Positions 1-10,121 of a stretch of DNA of 64,000 nucleotides are shown here, in pieces. Every line of letters starts with the position of its first letter. Positions within the stretch are counted from its first letter, which is position 1. The stretch is from a virus (lineage: Duplodnaviria > Caudoviricetes). The DNA is taken from positions 25,321 through 89,320 of the IMG/VR virus record IMGVR_UViG_3300037067_015007. One strand, given 5' to 3'. A program made the position numbers and the translations under genes. The notes under the pieces were generated by a model, which worked only from the letters and a program-made list of their open reading frames with translations, had not been told where the DNA came from and ran no database searches.

Positions 1-489
1 AATTTCATCTAATTGAATATCCAATCGTTTTGCAATTTGGGCGGCAAGTTTTTTGGGATTGGCTAACACAGCTTCCACTTCGTCCACTTCAGCAGGTTCC
101 TTTATCCATTTATCCTGCAATAAATCATAGATGCCGTCAGCCAATGTTTCCATATCTTTCACTTCATCATTGCGGTAATAAAAATTGATTGGGAAAGGCC
201 CGAAGAAATGACGCTCGTTGATAACCCTTGTGGTCTTGCCATAATTTTTCAAAGTGTCCGCATCGACATCACAAAATACATTGCAATCAATGTCGGATTC
301 TTGCGACCAAAATTTTCCCGTAATGGAACCTACGATTATCAATTCACGATACACAATTTTTAGTTCACGAAGAATATCTATAATCCGTATGCGAATCAAA
401 GGGTTGATTTTTTTGTCTTTCCACACATAGGGATTTTCCGATTCTTGTGCGGGGTCAATAATAGATTCACGCAAGGTTTTGAAGTTCAT
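1..489 (-). CDS. Pol-beta-superfamily nucleotidyltransferase (runs off the window's left edge)
   Basis: Hand translation from ATG at 489: MNFKTLRESIIDP...IIVGSITGKFWSQESDIDCNVF...PINFY...GIYDL. The GS-x9-SDID motif matches the NTase signature. Not in the ORF track because it is open-ended. Confidence 0.7.
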   Translation of the reverse strand, partial: MNFKTLRESIIDPAQESENPYVWKDKKINPLIRIRIIDILRELKIVYRELIIVGSITGKFWSQESDIDCNVFCDVDADTLKNYGKTTRVINERHFFGPFPINFYYRNDEVKDMETLADGIYDLLQDKWIKEPAEVDEVEAVLANPKKLAAQIAKRLDIQLDEI

Positions 490-490
490 T

Positions 491-904
491 TTAAGTTGAG
501 GGGATACTAGAAGTAGTGGTTTCCTGAAATTTAACGATAGTGTCCATTAATTTTTCTACATCCTCATCGTTATAAGTCATTCTTTGGTTTCCGACATTAC
601 CCAATAATTTAGCCAATTCTAATTTTTCATTTTGAGTCATTGATTCTCTATTGGTTCTCAATTTGTGAATCAACTTTTCTATTTTTCCCGCCTTTGGGGA
701 TGATACTACTTTATGGTACTCATCTAAATATTGTAAAAAATAATTTTTAAATCTTTCAAAATCAGTTTTTTCCATACCGTCAATCCCACCAATTATTTTT
801 TTTCTATCTTCTTTAAAGTTGTTTATTAATTTTTTAACTATTGCCAAAACTTTATCTTCTTGAAGTCCCACCATTGCATAAAAATCGGTATAATCTGCTT
901 TCAT
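491..904 (-). CDS. hypothetical protein
   Basis: 137-aa ORF packed 1 nt from its neighbours on both sides. Confidence 0.6.
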   Translation of the reverse strand: MKADYTDFYAMVGLQEDKVLAIVKKLINNFKEDRKKIIGGIDGMEKTDFERFKNYFLQYLDEYHKVVSSPKAGKIEKLIHKLRTNRESMTQNEKLELAKLLGNVGNQRMTYNDEDVEKLMDTIVKFQETTTSSIPST

Positions 905-905
905 T

Positions 906-1325
906 TTACTTCCTCTTCTTTGCTTTTGCTATTTGTTTGTTTCTTTGTGCTAAAAGCGCAGCAAACTCTTCATCTGTCCAAGGCTTATTCCTATCTTGTT
1001 TTTGTTGTCGTTTTCTCTTTGGTTTTGATACAGAGGTTTCCGAAAGACCTAAACTTCTTTGTATAATACCGTTTACTTGGGGGCTGTTGCTAATCAAACC
1101 TTTGATTACTTTTTGCTCATCATCGGTATATTCTTTTTTGTGTTTAAATATTGAGATAACACTACTTACCAAATTTGTCATGTTTGTGAGAAACTCTGTT
1201 TTTACCCCAAACAACCTACCAATATTTGCAAGATTCTGAATGACATCTGCTGTTTTCTTACCTATTTGTTCTGCTTTGGTATCTTCTTGAATTTTTCGTT
1301 TGGGTTCTATTACTTTAAATTTCAT
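906..1325 (-). CDS. hypothetical protein, basic C-terminus
   Basis: 139-aa ORF with GGATGGAG SD-like sequence upstream; first gene of the leftward unit. Confidence 0.6.
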   Translation of the reverse strand: MKFKVIEPKRKIQEDTKAEQIGKKTADVIQNLANIGRLFGVKTEFLTNMTNLVSSVISIFKHKKEYTDDEQKVIKGLISNSPQVNGIIQRSLGLSETSVSKPKRKRQQKQDRNKPWTDEEFAALLAQRNKQIAKAKKRK

Positions 1326-1367
1326 AATGCTTCTCCATCCTTATTTATTATAAATCAATAAATAGAA

Positions 1368-1604
1368 GTGATGGCTTTATACAAATTTTCTAAGCAACAA
1401 AAATATTGCGGGACATGCGATTATTGGTATGGTTGCAGAAAACTCGATTCTATTTGGAATCCAATGTTTGTTATTGTTGAAGGAGCAGGTGCCGAAGAAA
1501 TGGGAGTTTGTGGACATCGCCGCAGCGGTTGGTGGAATCAGAAGAAAAAAGCAAATATGACTTGTCCGAAATGGGAATTGTTTGCAAGGTTGAAGAATCT
1601 CTAA
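1368..1604 (+). CDS. small Cys-rich (putative Zn-binding) protein
   Basis: CGTC...C...C...CPKW pattern; preceded by TAAATA. Confidence 0.55.
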   Translation: MMALYKFSKQQKYCGTCDYWYGCRKLDSIWNPMFVIVEGAGAEEMGVCGHRRSGWWNQKKKANMTCPKWELFARLKNL

Positions 1605-1606
1605 AA

Positions 1607-2320
1607 ATGGGAACAATATATATAGCAACTAACTTGACAAATCAAAAGCAATATGTGGGTAGAACTGTACAAAATTTTAAAAATAGGAAAAATAGTCATA
1701 TAAAATTGAGCAAAGAAGAAAATCCAAAATTCTTTTTTCATAAGGCTATTAAAAAATATGGAGTAGATTCTTTTAAATGGATATGTATAGAATATCCCAA
1801 AAAAGAGTTGAATGAAATGGAGATGTTTTGGATAAAGACTTTGGGCACAAAGGCACCAAATGGTTACAATTTAACTGACGGTGGAGAAGGTACTTTCAAC
1901 CCATCAAAAATAACAAGAATGAAAATGAGTGAAAAAAGAAAAGGTATGTATGAAGGAGAAAAAAATCCTTTTTTCGGTAAACATCATTCTACTGAAGTTT
2001 GCCAATTTTTATCTGATATCAATAAAGGTGAAAATCATCCGCATTGGGGTAAAAAACATTCTGAAAAAACCAAGCAACTACAATCTTTAAATATAAAAAA
2101 TCATCCACAAAGAAAAGAGATAAATGAAAAAATAAGAAAAGCCAAGTTAAAAATGTTCAAATTCCTATCTCCTAAAGGAAAAGAAGTTATTTGGAAAAAT
2201 GGTATCAATAAATTTTGTGAATATTATCAACTAAACTATCATAGTATTTGTGCTATTATGAGCAATCATTGGAAACGAACCGAATATAAAGGTTGGAAGT
2301 TTTTAGGGATGGTAGAATAA
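1607..2320 (+). CDS. GIY-YIG homing endonuclease with NUMOD3-like repeats
   Basis: GTIYIATNLTNQKQYVGRT; YN(L)TDGGEG; NPFFGKHHS and HPHWGKKHS repeats. Start set at ATG 1607 (ORF track starts at 1508). Confidence 0.85.
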   Translation: MGTIYIATNLTNQKQYVGRTVQNFKNRKNSHIKLSKEENPKFFFHKAIKKYGVDSFKWICIEYPKKELNEMEMFWIKTLGTKAPNGYNLTDGGEGTFNPSKITRMKMSEKRKGMYEGEKNPFFGKHHSTEVCQFLSDINKGENHPHWGKKHSEKTKQLQSLNIKNHPQRKEINEKIRKAKLKMFKFLSPKGKEVIWKNGINKFCEYYQLNYHSICAIMSNHWKRTEYKGWKFLGMVE

Positions 2321-3474
2321 TGCTACAATTTTCCTCAAATATATATTATTATAATAAAAATATCAAGTCGATGTTGATAGGATTTCTCAACATATTTCCG
2401 CAGATGCAGGTAAAAACCTACAATTCCGAAACAGGCCAACCTGAATCGACAATGACTGTTCCTATCATGTTCGGCCCGATTGAAAGAAGCACTTATATGA
2501 ATTCTGAAGGGCAAAGTGTAAATCGCACAGTTCAAATGCCATTGCTTCATTTTGAATTGACCAATATGGAACTCGACAAGAACCGTGCCTTTGCAATGAA
2601 AAGTTTGCATGCGATAGGTAGTCGCTCAGGGGTTGATATCGATAATCTAATGCCTCAACCTTGGAACTTCACTATTATCATGAACATCTATGCGAAGTAT
2701 CAAGAAGAGTTGATGCAGTTGATTGAACAAATTGTCCCTCTGTTCAATTATCATAGAGTTTACTACACCTATCATCCCATTTTTTCAGAGACCATTACAT
2801 TGCCGCATTGGGCGAACATTACGACATATCCAAATTTTGCATTCAACTATGATTATCCTGCGGACGAACGCCGAGGAATTCTTGCTGTTCCCGTTACGTT
2901 TTTGATTGAAAGTTGGTTGGTTCGTGAGTCTTATGAATCGTATGGATTGGTTAAGGAAATTATCACCAATTACCAAGATTACGCAACGCAAAAAGGTTTA
3001 TCAAAAGTTAGGCTCCTGGCTGACCCGACAATTCGTGAAGTGATTTATACGGCGAACCCTTTATACACTCCTGCACTTGGACAGTTACTTAGTGGCTCAC
3101 ATTTTACAGGAACTATCGTTGATGTTGCATCGGGGTTTTCGGGGGTTTCTTCTTATTATTCTGACGGGTCTGCATCGGGTTGGTCTGGATATTCGGATGG
3201 AAAATTAGTTGTAAAATTCAATACGGAAAAAGAAGTCTTTCTCAAAAACGAAGGAATACGGGTTGGACTTTCTGCCGTTGGCACAACTTGTTCTTGCGAA
3301 CCATACAAACCTTTTGTACAATCAGATTATGGTTGGTCTGCATATTCGGGGGTTTCTGCTGTCAGCGGATGGAGCATGTATTCAGGTGTCAGCGGTTATT
3401 CGACATATGTTGTTCACCCGTCTTACTCAGGTTATTCGGAGATAAAAACGGATGGGGTTTCGGGTATTATATAA
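2320..3474 (+). CDS. tail terminator / sheath stabiliser (T4 gp15-like) with C-terminal SG-repeat extension
   Basis: YYYNKNIK...FLNIF, VPIMFGP, PLLHFELT, QPWNF..MNIYAKYQEELMQLIEQIVPLFN resemble gp15; position just before the sheath gene. Confidence 0.7.
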   Translation: MLQFSSNIYYYNKNIKSMLIGFLNIFPQMQVKTYNSETGQPESTMTVPIMFGPIERSTYMNSEGQSVNRTVQMPLLHFELTNMELDKNRAFAMKSLHAIGSRSGVDIDNLMPQPWNFTIIMNIYAKYQEELMQLIEQIVPLFNYHRVYYTYHPIFSETITLPHWANITTYPNFAFNYDYPADERRGILAVPVTFLIESWLVRESYESYGLVKEIITNYQDYATQKGLSKVRLLADPTIREVIYTANPLYTPALGQLLSGSHFTGTIVDVASGFSGVSSYYSDGSASGWSGYSDGKLVVKFNTEKEVFLKNEGIRVGLSAVGTTCSCEPYKPFVQSDYGWSAYSGVSAVSGWSMYSGVSGYSTYVVHPSYSGYSEIKTDGVSGII

Positions 3475-3536
3475 AATATAAAATTATGAAACATGATAAA
3501 ATTCAAAACAATAAATAAGTATGATGGAGGTACAAG

Positions 3537-3848
3537 ATGAATGCAGAAGCAAAAGTAACTATTGTAAATAAGAGTGCTAGTTTACAAACGGTAACTTATA
3601 CGAATTGGACATATGCGAGTCCCTCGACATCCCGTTCGGTAGTTATTCCCGCAGGTTCTAGTTTCGTTACTTACAATTGGTGGGAACTTGACCCCGATGA
3701 TGGCGTAACTCATGTGGCTGTAACGGAAAATATTTTTAATCTTCCTATTGATGAAGGAACCACCTTGACTAAAATTCTTATTCAAGATTTTGCATATGAT
3801 AAAGACAGGGTGTCAATCACATTAACAGCAGGTAGTTACAGCGCATAA
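3537..3848 (+). CDS. small putative virion protein
   Basis: TAAATA and GGAGG upstream; beta-rich; sits between terminator and sheath. Confidence 0.6.
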   Translation: MNAEAKVTIVNKSASLQTVTYTNWTYASPSTSRSVVIPAGSSFVTYNWWELDPDDGVTHVAVTENIFNLPIDEGTTLTKILIQDFAYDKDRVSITLTAGSYSA

Positions 3849-3859
3849 GGAGAATCACA

Positions 3860-6325
3860 ATGGCAGAATATATTAAACCTGGAATTTATATCAATGAGTA
3901 CGACAAGTCCTCATATATTACGGAAGGCCCAACTACAATTACAGGTATTTGTGGAACCTCGGCAAAAGGACCAGCAAACGAAGTAACCTTGATGACCAAC
4001 TATTCCGAATTTGTTACGACATTCGGACAGGATAGTGGTTATCTAGATTTTTTTGCTAGATTCTTCTTCAAATATGGTGGAAATAAATTACTCGTTGTCC
4101 GTGCGACTGACCAATTCAGTTTCGCAGGTATCACCAACGGTATTGAGTCGATTTATCAAGTTAAAACAACATTAGCACCTAGCGATACAGAAATTGATAT
4201 CGAATATGTTTCGGGAGCCGATTATACATATTGGCCCGATTCAGGACTAGTTCGTTTAGACTACAATGGGGATACTGAATATATTGTCTATCGTGAATTG
4301 TATCATCTTTCAGGAGCAAGCAACCTTCAGTTACTTGGTTGTCATAGGGCAGTAGATAGCACAACCGCAATCACGATTAGCACTTGGGGAATCTCAGTAA
4401 CTCCAGATGCAACTACGGATTATTTTACCTCAGTAACACCACACGGACTTGTAAATGGACAAAATGTCCGCTTTACAGGAGTAGGTGGTGGTGTATCAAC
4501 GGGAACGGATTATTGGGTTATTAATAAATCATCATATAGGTTCCAAATCACCGCAGTTAACGGTGGAACCACCCCATTTAATTTGACAGACGCAACAGTA
4601 AATACTGCTCAAAAATATCCTGTTCCAACAAAGTATATCCATGTTGTAACACCTGTAGTTTGTGGAAATATTGTTTCAGGAGAAGGCACAGCGTCAATTG
4701 CTCTTGATGGTATGAAATATGGTCAATTGCTTGTTGGTCAGACTATAAAATTTGCAGATATATCAAATACTGAAAGAGTAATTCGTGGAATTACCACAGC
4801 ATTTAGCGAAAGCGCAAGAACACAAGCAATAACCCTTACGGGGTCGGCTCCTGCGGCAGTAGATGCAACTTGGGCATGTGTGGTTCCAAATCCGTTTTAT
4901 GGGGAAATGGGAGCATATACTTTACCGATGTATTCAAACTATGATGCATGGGCTTTGCCGAAGTATGATGAAAATGGTTACGTAACAAAAGGCGCAGGAA
5001 TCTCAGACCCAACTGAACCCGCAATTTTCATGAACATTTATGCTCGTTCATGCGGTGCATGGGCAAACACGGACGTTCGTGTAACAGTTTACACTCATGC
5101 AACATGGGATTCAGCAACCGTTACTCCATATTTTAAAAACAAAGTAGATTTCGCTCCATCAACCGATGATGAACTTTTGGTTATCGTTGAAAGCGTAGCA
5201 ACAGGAAATATCGAAGAATCTTGGTTGGTATCATTGATTCCAACAAAGGTCGATTATTGGGGTAAGGCAATGTTTATTACCGACCTCATCAACGACTATT
5301 CAAATTGGATTCGTGTATTCGTGAACCCACAGTATATTGCCGCAACAGGAAGTGCATATAATACACCAACCTCAATCACTTATCTTCCTCATTCATTTGA
5401 ACGGTATTATCTTGGTGGTGGGACGGATGGTGCATCAAGCATCACTTCTCTTGGTATTTACAGCACACCACAAGTTAGAGAATTTAAGATTATGGCAGGA
5501 TACGACTTGTTTGCCGACAAGAATAAGGTGGACGTTGACCTTATTTCGGCAGGTGGAAATCAATCGTTAGCAATTCAGGCTAATATCAAGTCTATCTGCG
5601 AAACAAGAAAAGACTGCGTAGGTATTTTGAATATTCCTTGGGGCTTGTCAATTACGGATGCTGTTCGTTACAAGAACCTTTTGGGAAGCACCACATATTC
5701 AGCAATCTATTGCAACGGCTCAAAGGTTTTGGATGCATTCACGGGGTCTTATGTAACCCTTCCACCTGCAATTCAGGTAACTCCATTGATTGTTAAGACA
5801 GACCTCATCAGAGACCCGTGGTATGCCGTGGCAGGTGTCAACCGTGGTATGTTGAATGAAGTTATCGAACTTGAAGAAGATATCACCGAAGGTGATTTTG
5901 AAACGCTTTATGGTGCAGGTATTAACCCGATTATCAATGATGGCGATGGCCCTGTTATTTACGGTATCAAAACCATGTACACAGGTTCGTCTGCTTTCAA
6001 TAAACTTCCAATTCGTAGATTGATGTTGAAGATGGAGAAGGACATCAAGAATAGCATGAAGGCTTTCTTGTTTGAACCGAACACTTTCGATACGAGATTG
6101 AGAATTGTTAGAACGGTCGAGCCTTACCTTGAATCAATCAAAGCAAGAGATGGTATCGAAGATTTCCGTGTAGTCTGCGACTCTACAAATAATACCAATC
6201 AGACTATAGCACAGGGTCAAATCATTGTTGACATTTACATCAAGCCTGTATTCGCCGCAGAATACATCATCTTTAACTTCACGGTTACAAAGGATGAAAT
6301 TAGCTCGATTATTAACAATGCATAA
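3860..6325 (+). CDS. contractile tail sheath protein (T4 gp18-like) with inserted domains
   Basis: N-term PGIYINEYDKS..GICGTSAKGP; C-term PWYAVAGVNRG, GINPI, KLPIRRLML, FLFEPNT, VVCDSTNNT, IDIYIKPVFAAEYIIFNF. Confidence 0.95.
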   Translation: MAEYIKPGIYINEYDKSSYITEGPTTITGICGTSAKGPANEVTLMTNYSEFVTTFGQDSGYLDFFARFFFKYGGNKLLVVRATDQFSFAGITNGIESIYQVKTTLAPSDTEIDIEYVSGADYTYWPDSGLVRLDYNGDTEYIVYRELYHLSGASNLQLLGCHRAVDSTTAITISTWGISVTPDATTDYFTSVTPHGLVNGQNVRFTGVGGGVSTGTDYWVINKSSYRFQITAVNGGTTPFNLTDATVNTAQKYPVPTKYIHVVTPVVCGNIVSGEGTASIALDGMKYGQLLVGQTIKFADISNTERVIRGITTAFSESARTQAITLTGSAPAAVDATWACVVPNPFYGEMGAYTLPMYSNYDAWALPKYDENGYVTKGAGISDPTEPAIFMNIYARSCGAWANTDVRVTVYTHATWDSATVTPYFKNKVDFAPSTDDELLVIVESVATGNIEESWLVSLIPTKVDYWGKAMFITDLINDYSNWIRVFVNPQYIAATGSAYNTPTSITYLPHSFERYYLGGGTDGASSITSLGIYSTPQVREFKIMAGYDLFADKNKVDVDLISAGGNQSLAIQANIKSICETRKDCVGILNIPWGLSITDAVRYKNLLGSTTYSAIYCNGSKVLDAFTGSYVTLPPAIQVTPLIVKTDLIRDPWYAVAGVNRGMLNEVIELEEDITEGDFETLYGAGINPIINDGDGPVIYGIKTMYTGSSAFNKLPIRRLMLKMEKDIKNSMKAFLFEPNTFDTRLRIVRTVEPYLESIKARDGIEDFRVVCDSTNNTNQTIAQGQIIVDIYIKPVFAAEYIIFNFTVTKDEISSIINNA

Positions 6326-6337
6326 GGAGAGTAAAAC

Positions 6338-6892
6338 ATGGCTAATGCAGTAATCCCACCGACAGCGTTTTTTGATAGAACAATTCCGAAAACGGATTAT
6401 CACCGTCAGTATTTGTTCAAGGTCGTTCTTGACAAAATTGCGGGAGCCGCTGATGAATCGTTAATTACGTATTTTGTTGCCAACACATCTTCACCTACTG
6501 AAACTACAGGTATGATTCCTGTCGATTGGATGAACTCCCAACTCAAACTCGGTGGCAGAACCATCTATGCAGAATGGACAGTAACAGTTAGAGACGATAC
6601 AGATTCGAAGGCTTATCAATATTTCAAGTTATGGAGACGTTTGGTTTACCAAACCTCCGACCAAGGTGGTGTAGCAGGTGGCGGTGGACAATCAAGCCTT
6701 CCTTGGGAATATAAAAAGAGCATCAGCCTCTTTCTTTTGGATAATCGTGGAGACGAAACCAAAAGAGGGTATGTTTTGAAAGGAGCATTCCCAACAGTTA
6801 TCGGGGCGATGACTTTAGATTATTCGACAGAAGGAATTGTTACCTTCCCTGTTACCATACAGTATGACGAGTTCTTACCATATCCTCTATAA
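6338..6892 (+). CDS. tail tube protein (T4 gp19-like)
   Basis: Directly after sheath; YLFKV, KLGGRT.Y.EWTVTVRDD, LKGAFPT.IG..TLDYS, FPVTIQYD. Confidence 0.85.
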   Translation: MANAVIPPTAFFDRTIPKTDYHRQYLFKVVLDKIAGAADESLITYFVANTSSPTETTGMIPVDWMNSQLKLGGRTIYAEWTVTVRDDTDSKAYQYFKLWRRLVYQTSDQGGVAGGGGQSSLPWEYKKSISLFLLDNRGDETKRGYVLKGAFPTVIGAMTLDYSTEGIVTFPVTIQYDEFLPYPL

Positions 6893-6939
6893 TTGATATA
6901 AATTTTATATTTGGTACAGGGGGTAAGGAACAAAACTAA

Positions 6940-7746
6940 ATGGAAAGATTATCCCCGAAAAGTTTTAGTACAATCATTGATTCTATTGAGTATCAAAAAG
7001 CCTATCTATTTCGTATTCTGCTTCCTGAAGTTGACTTGATTGATAGTTCAGGAAATAGAGGGGCCACGAAACTAAAACCATTTGAAAAATTCGAATTATG
7101 CACTTCAGCAACAGCATTGCCTGGTTTACAAACGGATGTTCAACCTATTCCTTATTACAATGGAGAATTGAAGATTGCCACTAAAACCAAATATGGAAAT
7201 TGGGGTGCGACATTCAGATTGGATATAAACAAACAAGCGGCAGGGCATGGACTTGGGCCTATAACTAAAGTCTCTAGTCCTCTTTTAAGTTATTTTTTTG
7301 GAATCAATGCCAATATCCCATTAGACGCTACGAGCACATATCAATATTTTTACAATTGGGCTAGGGTCGTTTACAATATTAAGACCCGTGTTTCTTATTT
7401 ACCAATAGTTTATAAACAACCGATAGATTTATTTTTACTCAATGAGCAAGGTCAAGACATTTTGAACTTTACATTGTATGGAGCATTTCCTGTCAATATT
7501 AGTGGTGGAAATTTGGATTATGCCAATGATGGTCTATTGACTTATAATGTTGATTTCGCATTTGATAGTTTTGAGTTAAAAGATGTAGGCACGTCTCAAT
7601 ATGTATCGGCATCAACAGCGGCAGACCAAAGAGCGACACAACTAAAGGCCATTGAAAATATTAAGAATTCTACTGTAGAAATTGTGAAAGAGGGAATAGA
7701 AGGTGTTAAAAACGAATTGGAAGCGATAGCAACAATATTCAAATAA
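6940..7746 (+). CDS. tail tube-like paralog 2
   Basis: AYLFRI, LPG..T..QPIPYYNG.LKIA, LYGAFPVNISGGNLDY, VDFAFD. Confidence 0.7.
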   Translation: MERLSPKSFSTIIDSIEYQKAYLFRILLPEVDLIDSSGNRGATKLKPFEKFELCTSATALPGLQTDVQPIPYYNGELKIATKTKYGNWGATFRLDINKQAAGHGLGPITKVSSPLLSYFFGINANIPLDATSTYQYFYNWARVVYNIKTRVSYLPIVYKQPIDLFLLNEQGQDILNFTLYGAFPVNISGGNLDYANDGLLTYNVDFAFDSFELKDVGTSQYVSASTAADQRATQLKAIENIKNSTVEIVKEGIEGVKNELEAIATIFK

Positions 7747-7747
7747 A

Positions 7748-8257
7748 ATGGCAAACATATTCACTATCAAACAATTTAATGAAATAGCAATCAAGGATTA
7801 TCTTCGAACCTATCTTTTTCAAGTGGATATATCTTATCAAGGTTCGGCTCAATTTAACTGTCAATGGATATCAAATACAGCAACTCCTGTCGTGGTTACA
7901 AGTGCCCAAGTTATCGATTACATGCACACCCAAGTTAGAAGAGGCGGCAAAACCATTCCCCAACAATGGCAAATTACTGTAAGAGATGATAGTATGGGAG
8001 AAGCATTTTCTTTTTTTAATACATGGAGAAATTTGATATATCCTCATATGAAAACATCCGTCCCGTTTGATTATAAGGGGTTTGCTACGTTGAGATTGAT
8101 GAACCCTTCTTTTGAATTGGACAGGATTTATAAACTTTATGGTGTATGGCCTATGGAAATTGGTGCTATCACATTGGATTATGAATCAGATAATATCAGT
8201 ACATTCCCCGCAACCTTATCTTTTGATTTTTTTGAAACAGGAAGTATATCAACATGA
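7748..8257 (+). CDS. tail tube-like paralog 3
   Basis: RTYLFQV, GGKT...WQITVRDD, LYGVWPMEIGAITLDY, FPATLSFD. Confidence 0.75.
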   Translation: MANIFTIKQFNEIAIKDYLRTYLFQVDISYQGSAQFNCQWISNTATPVVVTSAQVIDYMHTQVRRGGKTIPQQWQITVRDDSMGEAFSFFNTWRNLIYPHMKTSVPFDYKGFATLRLMNPSFELDRIYKLYGVWPMEIGAITLDYESDNISTFPATLSFDFFETGSIST

Positions 8258-8838
8258 TGCCGATGTCGCCTTCAGAATTCCAAAATACTTTAAACAAATA
8301 TTTAGATTTTCATAGAGCATATTTGTTTAGAGTTCTATTTTTTGATAACATTGTTGGAACCGTAGGCGGCATTTTAGTAACTGAATTAATCTCCGCAACA
8401 GATACTCCATCTTCATCAACAACTCAAATTAACGTTGGGTGGATGGGAAGTAAATTGAAATTGGCGGGTAAGACTGATTATGTAAATTGGAAAGTGAGTG
8501 TTCGTGATGACGCTAGAAATGTGGCCTTTTCTTATTTTCAGGATTGGCGGGAAAGGGTATATAGCATCAAAAGCGGACGAAGTTATAGAGAATCGGGGTC
8601 TTTATCAAAATTGGGATATAAAAGGTCAGCAGTAGTTGCCTTGATAGGAAATAGGCCAACAGATTTGACAATTGCAAGAGCATATATTTTACGTGGAATA
8701 TGGCCTACTGATGTCGGCCCTGTTTCGCTTGATTATTCTACAGAACAATTATCAATTTTTCCTGTGAATTTTTCGATGGATTATTTCGAACCTTATTCTT
8801 TAACTTCCGAACTTAGTAAACTAATCACAAAAGTATAA
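8254..8838 (+). CDS. tail tube-like paralog 4
   Basis: RAYLFRV, WMGSKLKLAGKT...WKVSVRDD, LRGIWPTDVGPVSLDYS, FPVNFSMD. Confidence 0.75.
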   Translation: MMPMSPSEFQNTLNKYLDFHRAYLFRVLFFDNIVGTVGGILVTELISATDTPSSSTTQINVGWMGSKLKLAGKTDYVNWKVSVRDDARNVAFSYFQDWRERVYSIKSGRSYRESGSLSKLGYKRSAVVALIGNRPTDLTIARAYILRGIWPTDVGPVSLDYSTEQLSIFPVNFSMDYFEPYSLTSELSKLITKV

Positions 8839-8910
8839 ATCTCAAAAAACGAAATAATCAACATTTTACATAAATAAAGGTGTCCAAGTACAAAGGAGGA
8901 TTTTATACAA

Positions 8911-9828
8911 ATGGAACAACCAAAAAATTTACAACAAATTGCGAAGGAAAAGGCTCAGGCGCAGATGCCTAATGCCCCAACCCCCGCACCTACAGTTCCC
9001 AACGTGGAAGCTGAGGGGATGGAAAAGTTAAATGCTTTACCATCCAATCACATCATGAATGTTATCAGGTCGTTGAAGGAAAACCAAACAAGACCGACCG
9101 TATGGTTTGATTTTGAATTACCTTCAAATGGGAAATGCGGTTATCCGAAAGACATCAAATTGAGGGAGTTAACAACTGAAGATGAGAAAATTCTTATCAA
9201 AGAAATGTTTGCTTCAAAGGACAATTCACTCTTGGATGTTATCAAAAAATGTGCCAAGTTTGAGACCATGCCGAACTTCGATTTTGAAAACTTGACGAAT
9301 TTTGACCAAGACTTCATTATTATTGAATTGTCGGCAATCACTTTCCCAGGTGAAAAAGACATCACCATTACGGATGATAAGAACCACAAAATCGGAATCA
9401 AATTGAACAAGGAAGATTTATCTTTTACTCCTGTTCCTGCCGATTTAGAATATCCGTTAAAAGTGGTCTTGCCTTCAACTAAAATCGAGTGGTATCTCAA
9501 TTTTATTACTTTGAAAAAAGTGAAAGAAATTGATAAGGCTGTAAAGTCTTTATCTGCCGATGTCTTGACCCGCTTGCTCGTTTCTATTGCTCTTTCAACA
9601 GAGAAAATAGAGAAAAACAATCAACCGATTACGTCTGAAAACTTTTATGAACTCGTAAAGTTGCTTGACAGCCTTCCCCCGACAGATTTGAAAAAAATCA
9701 TCGACTCGTATAATGAAATGAGTGAAGCGTATGGTTATAAACTGACCAAAGACTATTACTGCACCGAATGCGGTAAGGGAGGGCAGATGGAGCTTGAACC
9801 GCTCAACTTTTTTCGGATTACAATATAA
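8911..9828 (+). CDS. baseplate hub / tail assembly chaperone (T4 gp26-like)
   Basis: FELPS, LRELTTEDEKIL, DQDFIIIELSA, C-terminal CTECG Zn ribbon followed by FF; position before tape measure. Confidence 0.7.
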   Translation: MEQPKNLQQIAKEKAQAQMPNAPTPAPTVPNVEAEGMEKLNALPSNHIMNVIRSLKENQTRPTVWFDFELPSNGKCGYPKDIKLRELTTEDEKILIKEMFASKDNSLLDVIKKCAKFETMPNFDFENLTNFDQDFIIIELSAITFPGEKDITITDDKNHKIGIKLNKEDLSFTPVPADLEYPLKVVLPSTKIEWYLNFITLKKVKEIDKAVKSLSADVLTRLLVSIALSTEKIEKNNQPITSENFYELVKLLDSLPPTDLKKIIDSYNEMSEAYGYKLTKDYYCTECGKGGQMELEPLNFFRITI

Positions 9829-10021
9829 CGCTTCAAAACTAGTCAGTCGCTACAAGGATTTATTGACGGAAGTTTTTAACCTTAGTTATTTGGGGCATTT
9901 AGGCGGTATTAACGATATTTTTGCTTTATCAGTAAACGATAGAATCATATTTTTAGATATTTTGAATAAGACGCTAAATGCAGAGAAAAATAGTCAAAAC
10001 GCTATACAACAAATACGATAA
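9794..10021 (+). CDS. small hub assembly factor (T4 gp51-like)
   Basis: Overlaps the gp26-like end; short helical ORF (DIFALSVNDRIIFLDIL) in the usual gp51 position. Start codon uncertain. Confidence 0.45.
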   Translation: MNRSTFFGLQYNASKLVSRYKDLLTEVFNLSYLGHLGGINDIFALSVNDRIIFLDILNKTLNAEKNSQNAIQQIR

Positions 10022-10024
10022 CAA

Positions 10025-10121
10025 TAAATAGTAGTGAAGGACAGGGCTGACGAGCCTTTTTGAGATGCCTTAATCATTTCAAATTACTTCATTTATATTT
10101 TGACCGATTAAGGAGGGCAAA
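10025..10121 (+). ncRNA. endonuclease-leader structured RNA, copy 1 (TAAATA + 3-way junction + SD pseudoknot)
   Basis: P1 AGTGAAG/CTTCATT; P2 GGCT/AGCC; P3 TTTGAGATG/CATTTCAAA; loop CCTTAAT pairs with ATTAAGG (10107-10113), which overlaps the SD AGGAGG. Confidence 0.75.
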
